Notes: generated by a model not told the origin, from the letters alone. Shown: positions 35,417 through 43,647, counted from the stretch's first letter. The stretch: DNA of 64,000 bases from a virus (IMGVR_UViG_3300037721_000031:202567-266566), one strand, 5' to 3'. Translations and numbers: made by a program.

Positions 35417-35453
35417 GGTTTGTATTCCTAGTATGATTTCAATTGATGAGTTT

Positions 35454-35780
35454 TCAACGCTTGAAACAGATATTGACTTCCAGTTCGAAATCTTCAATAA
35501 CGACTGCTGGAGTTGCTTTCAGAACACTGATAATCTTCTCCAACTCCTGAATGGCAACGGCCTTCTGAGAGGTACCTCTATACCCGAAATACTGAGGGCC
35601 TTCGAAATGATTATCGAAGGTAATGTCCTCATCCTTGAACAAGGCTTGAGTAGCTAGCAATGCGGTAACAGGGTTTGATTTTGCCAGCAGTTCCGGGTGC
35701 AGGTCACCATCGACGAGGACATCATAGTTCTTGCTTTCATCGTCGTACTGCAGTGAGAAAACCTTTTTCTCTTCGTTCAT
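35454..35780 (-). CDS. hypothetical protein (related to N-part of 15762..16235)
   Basis: YDVLVDGDLHPELL; SD AAGGAG. Confidence 0.75.
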   Translation of the reverse strand: MNEEKKVFSLQYDDESKNYDVLVDGDLHPELLAKSNPVTALLATQALFKDEDITFDNHFEGPQYFGYRGTSQKAVAIQELEKIISVLKATPAVVIEDFELEVNICFKR

Positions 35781-35784
35781 GATC

Positions 35785-36603
35785 TTAACTCCTTACGTTA
35801 TCCAAAGTGACGAACTTCGGACTGAATTGATTGAACGGATTACCACACATTTCTGGGCGATAACCTGCCGGATTACTGACTACGAGTGTTCTTCCAAGAC
35901 GAGTCTCTATTGAGTCATGGGTATGGCCAAACACCCAGAGATCAGGTGAGTATCTTTGATTGAGAAGAAGATCACAGTCCGAAGCAAAACCGCCATTTTC
36001 ATCTGCATCGAAACGACGAGGGCAAAGCTTGTAACTGGGAAGATGATGAGTCATCACTACAGTTTGACCATTAAACGGATGCTGCAGGAACTTCTTCAGG
36101 CTTTTCTTTTGTTGTTTATGAATATCCATCATGTCAGAAACCTGAAAGAATCCACCGTTCTTCTTAATCGATCGAAAATCACCAATGCGCTGACCAATTA
36201 CGTATTGTTCTTCAGGTGTTTTTCCGCCATCAGCCCACAGAGTACCATAGATGATTCTCCAGCCGGTCCAGTGCTCGCAGCTCATCTTTCCTGCACTAAA
36301 TCTGACTTTTGCAGTCTCTGCTGCAATCCGAGCAGTCATGACAGAGTTCCACACATCGATGTCATGACCGTATGTCTCGTGATTGCCTGGTACAAGAAAT
36401 ACGGCTTGAAACCGATTCTCCAAGGCTTGTAGAAACCCGATCAGTTGGTCGGGCTTCGAACTGATATCGCCCGCCAAAAGCAGAACTGATGACGAATCCC
36501 GCTCATCTTCCGGCACGAATTGACGGACCAATACTTCTTCGTACTGTCCGTAGAATTGTTCCAAATGAAGATCAGAAACAATTCGTAAATAGACTGGTCT
36601 CAT
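35785..36603 (-). CDS. calcineurin-like metallophosphoesterase
   Basis: SDLH, GDI, GNHE, THH and GHTH motifs. Confidence 0.9.
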   Translation of the reverse strand: MRPVYLRIVSDLHLEQFYGQYEEVLVRQFVPEDERDSSSVLLLAGDISSKPDQLIGFLQALENRFQAVFLVPGNHETYGHDIDVWNSVMTARIAAETAKVRFSAGKMSCEHWTGWRIIYGTLWADGGKTPEEQYVIGQRIGDFRSIKKNGGFFQVSDMMDIHKQQKKSLKKFLQHPFNGQTVVMTHHLPSYKLCPRRFDADENGGFASDCDLLLNQRYSPDLWVFGHTHDSIETRLGRTLVVSNPAGYRPEMCGNPFNQFSPKFVTLDNVRS

Positions 36604-36617
36604 GACAATTCCTTGAT

Positions 36618-36944
36618 CTAGGCGCTCAGCATCACCTTCTTCTTAGAAGAGATAGCGGTTTTCAGAGAGTCTGTGTAGGTATCGGTAAGAACCACCTGAC
36701 ACTTGACAGGAACGACGAACAGTTTATCCTTGTAGCGTTTATCCATGATCTCAAAAACCTTGATATAGTTCTTGGCCAGATCTTCAGACCCCAAAAACTT
36801 TGCTTCTGACGGGTTCAGTACTTCAGCCGGATATGCTGAGGCCCGCTGCTCTGCGAACCACAGGTAGGTGACGGCATGAACACCGGTATTACTAACCACG
36901 TTTGTACGCATACCGATGACATATTGAGTGAAGCTGATGCTCAT
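36618..36944 (-). CDS. hypothetical protein, 108 aa
   Basis: SD GGAG; weak similarity to C-part of 15762..16235. Confidence 0.75.
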   Translation of the reverse strand: MSISFTQYVIGMRTNVVSNTGVHAVTYLWFAEQRASAYPAEVLNPSEAKFLGSEDLAKNYIKVFEIMDKRYKDKLFVVPVKCQVVLTDTYTDSLKTAISSKKKVMLSA

Positions 36945-37014
36945 GATCGATACTCCAAAGTTGACTCAGTGTGCTAGTACTGAGTAGAGAATGATTGGAT
37001 TAAAGAGACAATGT

Positions 37015-37069
37015 AAACATAATCCCAATGTAGTTTATAAGATAAGAAGATTACATTGGGATTATGTTT
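37015..37069. terminator. long-stem hairpin with CATAAT/ATTATG flanks
   Basis: 18-bp stem AAACATAATCCCAATGTA / TACATTGGGATTATGTTT. Confidence 0.7.
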
Positions 37070-37108
37070 TAGTCATCAGGCTTCCTCGTTATGAAGAAGC
37101 CTGATCGT

Positions 37109-37276
37109 TTATACCTTGATGATGTAACCGTATTGCATCAGTGTCAACAAGAGGCCACCAACGAATGTCAGAAAGAACATCACTTTGATCATGATGTTCC
37201 AAAATCCAGTTTCTTTCCAAAAGAAACATGCCACGATTGACATGAATGCCGAGACGATGAGGTAGATGGTGATCAC
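37109..37276 (-). CDS. 55-aa two-TM micro-protein (not in ORF track), paralogue of 38328..38498
   Basis: GTG start after GAAAG; MITIYLIVSAFMSIVACFFWKETGFWNIMIKVMFFLTFVGGLLLTLMQYGYIIKV. Confidence 0.75.
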   Translation of the reverse strand: MITIYLIVSAFMSIVACFFWKETGFWNIMIKVMFFLTFVGGLLLTLMQYGYIIKV

Positions 37277-37285
37277 GATTCGCTT

Positions 37286-37552
37286 TCAGTTGAGTACTTG
37301 TAGGACACCGGAACGCAGGTTCGCAATAAACCACGTACGTGCATCGCTGGTACGTGCAGTTGTGCACATATCGCGAAGCGAGCCGTACATTGGAACTACT
37401 ACATTGGGATAATGAGTAGTCATCACCCATTCACCAAAGGACAAACCACTGCTGTCACCCAACGAATCACCATACTCACCGTACTGAATCATCATGCTTT
37501 TTGCAAAGCTGATAATCTTCTCAATGCAAGGCTGCTCGTTGTTAATAGACAC
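37286..37552 (-). CDS. hypothetical protein, 88 aa
   Basis: GTG start after CATTGGAGAA. Confidence 0.7.
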   Translation of the reverse strand: MSINNEQPCIEKIISFAKSMMIQYGEYGDSLGDSSGLSFGEWVMTTHYPNVVVPMYGSLRDMCTTARTSDARTWFIANLRSGVLQVLN

Positions 37553-37586
37553 GGCTATTCTCCAATGAATGGTTGGTGGGTTAGTA

Positions 37587-37973
37587 TTAACCCAAAGAGT
37601 TTACGAAGTTGTCCAGATCGGTAGACAACAGTTCCTTCAGCTTACTAGCCAACTTCTTCAAAGCTTCAGTGTGATTGGTCTCACACTGAAGCATGTCGTA
37701 CTGAAGGTATCCGTCTGAACCACACCGGATCACGCCGGCCCACGTTCCAGCAGAGGTCTTCAAAGCACGAAGCTTGAACGCAACGCCCAGGCCATTTTCA
37801 GAGGCGTACTCGATGCCCACCTTCGCAACTTCTGCTGCAAATTTAGCCTTGAAGCTATCGCGTTCTTGAGTACTTGTAAAAACAAGAACTTGCTTAATAG
37901 CAGAATTACCTTGCCAGTCGTGAACTTCAGAAAATATCAACATATTGACTCCTTGGTTGAATCCATTACTCAA
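37587..37973 (-). CDS. hypothetical protein, about 118-128 aa
   Basis: Second Met preceded by AAGGAG. Confidence 0.75.
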   Translation of the reverse strand: MSNGFNQGVNMLIFSEVHDWQGNSAIKQVLVFTSTQERDSFKAKFAAEVAKVGIEYASENGLGVAFKLRALKTSAGTWAGVIRCGSDGYLQYDMLQCETNHTEALKKLASKLKELLSTDLDNFVNSLG

Positions 37974-38159
37974 ACTTCTTCACATACGTTGGCTGTAGAC
38001 TAATAACAGTCAAGATGGAAACATAATTATACTTTCGACATGACTCTTATTTTTGAAAATGTGACAATCATGTCGAAAATACAATATTAAATTCTTTTTT
38101 TTTTATAGAAGAGATTCTCAGGTAACACCTGCTAGAGAACAGGTGTTACCTACTCTAGT

Positions 38160-38237
38160 TTAATATATCTGTTCATGCCTCCTAGTAATCGTAAGATACA
38201 GGCTAAGAGCGAACAGAATGAAGTAGAGCGGTATCAT
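38160..38237 (-). CDS. 25-aa hydrophobic micro-protein (not in ORF track)
   Basis: MIPLYFILFALSLYLTITRRHEQIY; upstream GGAAATAAACA; flanked by palindromes. Confidence 0.4.
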   Translation of the reverse strand: MIPLYFILFALSLYLTITRRHEQIY

Positions 38238-38327
38238 TGTTTATTTCCAATCGATTCATGTTGAAGAATATATTCTTCAACTTTATAGTTACCTACCTGT
38301 CTCTTCCGCTATTGCGAAATGATTTTA

Positions 38328-38498
38328 TTACGACACTGTTTCGATATACCCACGCTTAACTAAAAGACGCAAGGCGATGTTTGCGAAGGCAGACAAAAAC
38401 ACCGTCTTGATAACGATGTTTACCAGGTCTTCTGTACTCCATAAAAAAGCCAGAGAACCAAATAACAATGCTAGCGTTACAAGGCTAATTTCAACCAT
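38328..38498 (-). CDS. 56-aa two-TM micro-protein (not in ORF track), paralogue of 37109..37276
   Basis: MVEISLVTLALLFGSLAFLWSTEDLVNIVIKTVFLSAFANIALRLLVKRGYIETVS; SD GGGA. Confidence 0.75.
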   Translation of the reverse strand: MVEISLVTLALLFGSLAFLWSTEDLVNIVIKTVFLSAFANIALRLLVKRGYIETVS

Positions 38499-38714
38499 AC
38501 GTTATTCCCAGTTGATTGATGATGGTGGCTCGAGAATGACTCTATAGTAATTCCTCTAAGGTGGATGTCTTCTCACAAGTAACCTATGAGCTAGAGTCCG
38601 CTGCTGCAGCAGCGGACTCTAGTAGTTAGGACTTCTAACAGCTCTACATCTTTTAACTTATCGTAACAGATATTCCTTTCAGAAGGTTTATGTCATCGTC
38701 ACCAACACTTATAT

Positions 38715-40007
38715 TCAGGCAGGAACGGGAGCAGCAGCATCAACCAGCACATCACCAGACTTCACGAACCAGCCCTTGATGGCGTTGAACGCACTGGTAA
38801 CCACATGCCCAGTCTTGGCCGACGCAATCTTGATGGTCTCATAAACCACCCCTGCCACAAATGCGGCATAATTACGTGCCACGACGAAAGCACCCAAGAT
38901 AGAACGACCAATGACTTCCAGAGTGCCGCTGAAAGCAAAGCTCTGGGCGGGCGTCACAACAACGCTACGACGAATGATGATTCGCAGTGCAATGTAGATG
39001 GCCAGCAAACAGATCGAGATCACAACGTACGAGAAGGTGTTGGTCTTGATGAACTTGACCACAGTGTTCTTAATTTCCACGGTCTTGGCCTTCACAGCTG
39101 CAATGGTACGCGAGATCGTGCCGGTTGCTTGCACAGCGTCGTCTTGATTCAGCATTGCCGGATCAATGTTCGGAAACGGAGTGGGTTCATTGGACACAGT
39201 TTGTTCACTAGCTTTCATCATCGCCTCCTTTTCAGAGTTGGACAAATCGATAGTCGGAAACGTGGTCGTCACAGATGCGCCAAGTTGAGCCAGTTGATCC
39301 AGAGTCGTAATTTGTTGGGTGGTCATAAATGTCTTTCCGGCCTCATCAGCCTGAGTTTCAGTGAGTTTGTGAGCTTCGTCAATGAGATGTGTGAATTCGC
39401 CGTGCTGCTCCGAAGGAAGAACAGAGTTACCTGCCTTCCTCAAAACTGCAGTCCAATACCTACTGAGTTCAGCAGTTACGCTTTTCACCCAATGTGCCTG
39501 GACGGACGCATTACAGTGTCCTTTAATTGCAGTTACCTTATCCCACAACTCCTGTTGTGTTTTAACGGTCGCCGCACCAAAAGACAGAAATGCCACTTTC
39601 GCATTCTTAGCCGATAACAGAACCATCAGTGTTTCTTCACACACATGGTCTGCTTTACTAATCAGCCATTGTCCGTGATTCGGATTAGCGATCAGTAAAT
39701 ATGCAGAGATTTCATTCTTACATCGAAACCTACTTTGCAGTTTTGGTGGCTGGGAAGACTGGTCTGCCAAATACACCGGTGATTGCGGGTAAGGCTGAGG
39801 ATGATGACGCTGATTGGTTTGTGGATAGGGCTGCGGTTGTAGCTGGGGATGCAGCTGTTGTTCCTGGTATTGCTGGTTCTGATTAAGAAGATAACGTTCT
39901 GGAGAGTTGAGGGAGGGTCGCGGAACGGTTCCGTACTCAGGTTTCCGGCTGTTTTGAGGGGCGGTATTCCGAGCTTCGCCATTTTGCGACGGGATATGAA
40001 TTGCCAT
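38715..40007 (-). CDS. 430-aa membrane protein with Q/P-rich N-terminus; possible internal starts
   Basis: SD GAGG; TM helix FSYVVISICLLAIYIALRII; internal AAGGAGG-ATG. Confidence 0.8.
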   Translation of the reverse strand: MAIHIPSQNGEARNTAPQNSRKPEYGTVPRPSLNSPERYLLNQNQQYQEQQLHPQLQPQPYPQTNQRHHPQPYPQSPVYLADQSSQPPKLQSRFRCKNEISAYLLIANPNHGQWLISKADHVCEETLMVLLSAKNAKVAFLSFGAATVKTQQELWDKVTAIKGHCNASVQAHWVKSVTAELSRYWTAVLRKAGNSVLPSEQHGEFTHLIDEAHKLTETQADEAGKTFMTTQQITTLDQLAQLGASVTTTFPTIDLSNSEKEAMMKASEQTVSNEPTPFPNIDPAMLNQDDAVQATGTISRTIAAVKAKTVEIKNTVVKFIKTNTFSYVVISICLLAIYIALRIIIRRSVVVTPAQSFAFSGTLEVIGRSILGAFVVARNYAAFVAGVVYETIKIASAKTGHVVTSAFNAIKGWFVKSGDVLVDAAAPVPA

Positions 40008-40016
40008 TTAGACCCT

Positions 40017-40280
40017 CTATTCTTCCGCTGTATCGTTATACAAGACTTTGTGGATACCACAAAGGAACCAGCTGGTAGCATTGTACGCAGCAGCAGACAC
40101 CCCCAAAACAACAGTCACATACGCAGCAAATACCTGCAGCATCCAAGCAACAATCCCAGTGATACTGACCGCGGCCAACACAGCACCAACTGTATTGTAG
40201 GCTACGACAATTACTGCAATAGCAGCAATGTAGGCAAGGATGCTTATCAGATTGAGAGTGGTGTTACGAACAGTGTTCAT
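40017..40280 (-). CDS. hydrophobic membrane protein, 87 aa
   Basis: 2-3 TM segments; SD AAGGAAA. Confidence 0.8.
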   Translation of the reverse strand: MNTVRNTTLNLISILAYIAAIAVIVVAYNTVGAVLAAVSITGIVAWMLQVFAAYVTVVLGVSAAAYNATSWFLCGIHKVLYNDTAEE

Positions 40281-40349
40281 TTTGTATTTCCTTGAGTAGT
40301 TAGCGAGACTTGAAGGTGTAGTGCTTATTATTGTAACATTCCCTGGTGT

Positions 40350-40940
40350 TCAGGTGTGTATACTATCGAGAATACGGTCAAACTCCATTTTTTGTTGTTC
40401 AATAATTCTAGTTACTGCGCGAGCTGCATTATTAATCTCGAAAGCACTTGTATCTCGGACAGTGTTATTTCTAGAGTAGGACTCATTAACAGTGTCCATG
40501 TGATAGCCACTATAGACGGCCACTGCAGATGAAGCACTGGCAATCGCATCGGCCATTACTGTAGTCACATCAGACAAATACGTGTATGTGCATTCGTAAT
40601 CTGTCTGCCAGATGTCGTATCCCATACGGTGATAACATCTGCGCTTTTCGTCTGAGAGAAGAGCACATGTTTGATCCATACAGCAAACTGAGAACTCGTG
40701 AATCTCTCTTGGAAACTCTCCAAGCGTTCTCAGGCTCTTTAATGCTGCTGTGAGACCGTACTTATCGTACACGTCGCGCACTCCATCAAGAGTAATAACG
40801 ACATGTGGTTTCTCGTTTGTTCTGCGACTTACAAGTACACCGAATTGCTTTGAGCACAACACTCTATCGTTATGGGTCATAACTTCGACTACAGTGTTTG
40901 CTGTGCGAAGTCCGCCTTTTATTGGTTTAAACTCAAGCAT
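40350..40940 (-). CDS. hypothetical protein, 196 aa
   Basis: SD AAAGGGA; downstream of promoter motif at 41079. Confidence 0.8.
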   Translation of the reverse strand: MLEFKPIKGGLRTANTVVEVMTHNDRVLCSKQFGVLVSRRTNEKPHVVITLDGVRDVYDKYGLTAALKSLRTLGEFPREIHEFSVCCMDQTCALLSDEKRRCYHRMGYDIWQTDYECTYTYLSDVTTVMADAIASASSAVAVYSGYHMDTVNESYSRNNTVRDTSAFEINNAARAVTRIIEQQKMEFDRILDSIHT

Positions 40941-41078
40941 AGTTATCCCTTTTGTTTAAAGAAAAAATGTAAACCACATTGGATATGTGTCGTGTGACAC
41001 ATATCCAATAGGATGTAGTGTCAGGCCATCTTCTCGAATGGTCTGAAAAATAACTTTTCTACTCTATATTCCATTTAT

Positions 41079-41095
41079 GTCATATGTGCTTGAAA
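41079..41095 (-). promoter_or_regulatory. putative early promoter TTTCAAGCACATATGAC
   Basis: Copy of the 17-bp motif. Confidence 0.6.
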
Positions 41096-41139
41096 GTAAA
41101 TAGAATCAAAAATCCTATTTACTTTCCTCATTGCAAGGC

Positions 41140-41430
41140 TTAACCGGCATTGGTCATGGACTCTGCCTGATGCCGGTTATCTCTGATCAGCTTCTCAACA
41201 GTGCTCTTGAGTCTTTCATCACCATGGATGGACCATTCATTCTCAAGGATGTTGTAGGAAGCTGCAAGAATGACCTTACCACCGCTGGTGATTTCCATTT
41301 CTGAATAACCAGCAACCAACTTCACTTCACCAAGTTCTTTGAAAGTCTTACGAGCAGACTTCATCATCGCGGCTACCACAGTAAGCATAACAACCGGGTC
41401 AACGTTAGAAGCAATGTTCACAGTAGTCAT
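41140..41430 (-). CDS. hypothetical protein, 96 aa
   Basis: SD AAGGG; first gene after the core-block terminator. Confidence 0.8.
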   Translation of the reverse strand: MTTVNIASNVDPVVMLTVVAAMMKSARKTFKELGEVKLVAGYSEMEITSGGKVILAASYNILENEWSIHGDERLKSTVEKLIRDNRHQAESMTNAG

Positions 41431-41477
41431 GATGATTTTCCCTTAAGTTAAGTTGATCTCTACTCTAATTCAAAATA

Positions 41478-41494
41478 GCAATATATATCTGAAA
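41478..41494 (-). promoter_or_regulatory. putative early promoter TTTCAGATATATATTGC
   Basis: Copy of the motif directly after the terminator of the structural operon. Confidence 0.65.
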
Positions 41495-41518
41495 AAATCT
41501 GCATTGTGAAAAACTATA

Positions 41519-41556
41519 GCATAAAGACCTAGGGTAAAGTCCCTAGGTCTTTATGC
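41519..41556. terminator. palindromic terminator ending the structural operon
   Basis: GCATAAAGACCTAGGG-taaagt-CCCTAGGTCTTTATGC. Confidence 0.85.
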
Positions 41557-41562
41557 CGTTTC

Positions 41563-42909
41563 TCAATATTCTCGTTGCGCAAATACAGTTAACCCAGTTG
41601 AACATGTATGCCTAGATACAGTAATACCTGAACCTCTGGTGCTTACATAGTGATGAGCTTTTATTACTAATCCAAATATTTGACGAATCTCTTCTCCATC
41701 AAGATACAGTATCTTAACAGACATACCTGGTGTTATAAGTGAGGGATCTGAGTTCTCCCATACTAGACCAATTAGTGACCCATTCTTAGCTGCTAACTGC
41801 GAGTACTCTAGCCATGGATTAGATGTAATTCTCTTGCTACTAGGTAAGACTAAATTATTTCCATTTGGTCTCTGAGTAGATATGAATTCATTACTTACAT
41901 CACTTCGACTGATAATTGCTTTGTTACCACTCTTCTTAACGATAGTAGTCATAAACTGATTTGCATCAGAAAATCTTACACCGTTGCCAGAACTTAGTAA
42001 CAATGCTTCACTTTCGTTTTTTACTTGAGCATCGCCTGTGGCTAATATCACGAGGTTATTACCATCTTTACGGAATGTGCGCTCAATACCTGGCATTCTG
42101 TTAGCTGGAAGGCGCACCACTGTTAAAGTCTTATCACTGTGTTCAAACTTACTACTATCGTACGGCGGAAAAACATACCAATTATTAGCTTGATAATAAT
42201 AAGAAAGTCCAGTGGTGTAAATACCTGAACAATGCTTGTGAATATATTCCGGAGCATCTACTAATCTAGTACCGTGAGGAATTACGATATGTTCCTGAAC
42301 GTTTTGATTGGATGGCGGAACCATCTCTACGCCCAGTGGTATATCATTATCTTGAACTTCCACTTTAGGAGAGTACATGGTGAGAATAGACTTTACCACA
42401 TCCTCTACTTTGCAGCGACGATATATTCCGCCTACCGTTTTCATACGTACTTGATCAACAGATTTATTAATTAGCTGGAATTTTAGCTCAAACAAATTAG
42501 TTAAATCTAGAGATGCTTCATCTAACTCATTTGCTGAGTTTCCAGCTACATTTATAGCAATTGGATCAATTAAGGTAGCTACATATCGCTCAGACTCTAT
42601 TACTCTGGTATTGTCTGGCTGACCATCAGTTTCACCTAATGGTTCCTTATACATAGTTATTTCTAGATTTTTAAGATAAGGATAAATTCGATATGCGTAC
42701 TTACCAGCAGAGATAACAAGAGTTACAATTGTCTCATCTGTGAATGAAGTCTCATAATCTCTAACGATATCAATCGAGAGTACCTTAATAGCCGGTGTTA
42801 CCTGATCATTAGCATGTACGTCAGCGCGCCAAAAGTAAGTAACTTCTACAGCTGGATTAGTCGTGATCACTCCGATTTCGTTTGCAAGAGCTGACTCTAG
42901 TATATCCAT
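41563..42909 (-). CDS. virion structural protein, phiKZ gp101-like (possible baseplate hub)
   Basis: Size and position in the conserved block; function inferred from synteny. Confidence 0.6.
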   Translation of the reverse strand: MDILESALANEIGVITTNPAVEVTYFWRADVHANDQVTPAIKVLSIDIVRDYETSFTDETIVTLVISAGKYAYRIYPYLKNLEITMYKEPLGETDGQPDNTRVIESERYVATLIDPIAINVAGNSANELDEASLDLTNLFELKFQLINKSVDQVRMKTVGGIYRRCKVEDVVKSILTMYSPKVEVQDNDIPLGVEMVPPSNQNVQEHIVIPHGTRLVDAPEYIHKHCSGIYTTGLSYYYQANNWYVFPPYDSSKFEHSDKTLTVVRLPANRMPGIERTFRKDGNNLVILATGDAQVKNESEALLLSSGNGVRFSDANQFMTTIVKKSGNKAIISRSDVSNEFISTQRPNGNNLVLPSSKRITSNPWLEYSQLAAKNGSLIGLVWENSDPSLITPGMSVKILYLDGEEIRQIFGLVIKAHHYVSTRGSGITVSRHTCSTGLTVFAQREY

Positions 42910-42913
42910 GACA

Positions 42914-43636
42914 TTACTTTACTTTGTTGTACTGTGGAACACCACCAATAAAATCACCAATTGATGTTTTACTGCTGTTCATTCCTTTGCTGGAATTTGT
43001 ATGATTCTTCTTTTTACTATTTCTATATGGCTGAAAATAATCAGACATAGATTCTCTCTTCGGATAGCGGTCATCCATATCTTTTTCTTCTTGCTGTTGT
43101 TTTGTAGTTGAGTTCTCAAGACGCTCAACCATGTCGTTCAAACTGGAGTGCCTGGTATCCATCCGACGAGTAATAAATGACGAGATCATGTCATCAGTAA
43201 ATTGATACTTCGCATGCTCATAAACAGCATTGGCAAATCTATCCATTAGTTTCAAGTCTTCTAATGGAGCATTTCCTATATTCAGACTCTTCTCTAAATT
43301 TTGTTTCCACTGATTTAGATGATCGCTAATTCTCTCGTAGATTTTTTTAACATCTTCTTTACTTACAATAGAGACTTGTACGCCCTTACTATAATAAACG
43401 ACCATCTCAGAGATCGGAATCATTACTAAGCGCATCTCGTTAGCAGTACCGTAGTCGTAGCCTGGGTCGCCGGCTGTAGGCATTCCGTACTGTTGTAACT
43501 CTTCAATAGAAAGCATCTGGATATAAGGAATAGTTACTTGATAAAGTTCGTTCCAAATAAACCAAGCAGCTGGTCTGTTTTCATAAGGTACCCAAACTTC
43601 TGTCTGCGGTAACTCTCTATAAGCACTACTATCCAT
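42914..43636 (-). CDS. conserved core hypothetical protein, phiKZ gp100-like
   Basis: Synteny; SD GGAGGA. Confidence 0.6.
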   Translation of the reverse strand: MDSSAYRELPQTEVWVPYENRPAAWFIWNELYQVTIPYIQMLSIEELQQYGMPTAGDPGYDYGTANEMRLVMIPISEMVVYYSKGVQVSIVSKEDVKKIYERISDHLNQWKQNLEKSLNIGNAPLEDLKLMDRFANAVYEHAKYQFTDDMISSFITRRMDTRHSSLNDMVERLENSTTKQQQEEKDMDDRYPKRESMSDYFQPYRNSKKKNHTNSSKGMNSSKTSIGDFIGGVPQYNKVK

Positions 43637-43647
43637 AAATCCTCCAA

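Noticed and set aside
37089-37430. 113-aa minus-strand ORF in the track
   Set aside because: Shadow frame spanning two better-supported genes (37286..37552 and 37109..37276)
38805-40295. Long antisense or alternative ORFs (38805..39617, 39692..40111, 39849..40295)
   Set aside because: Explained by GC-richer codon usage of the real genes; no SD and implausible composition
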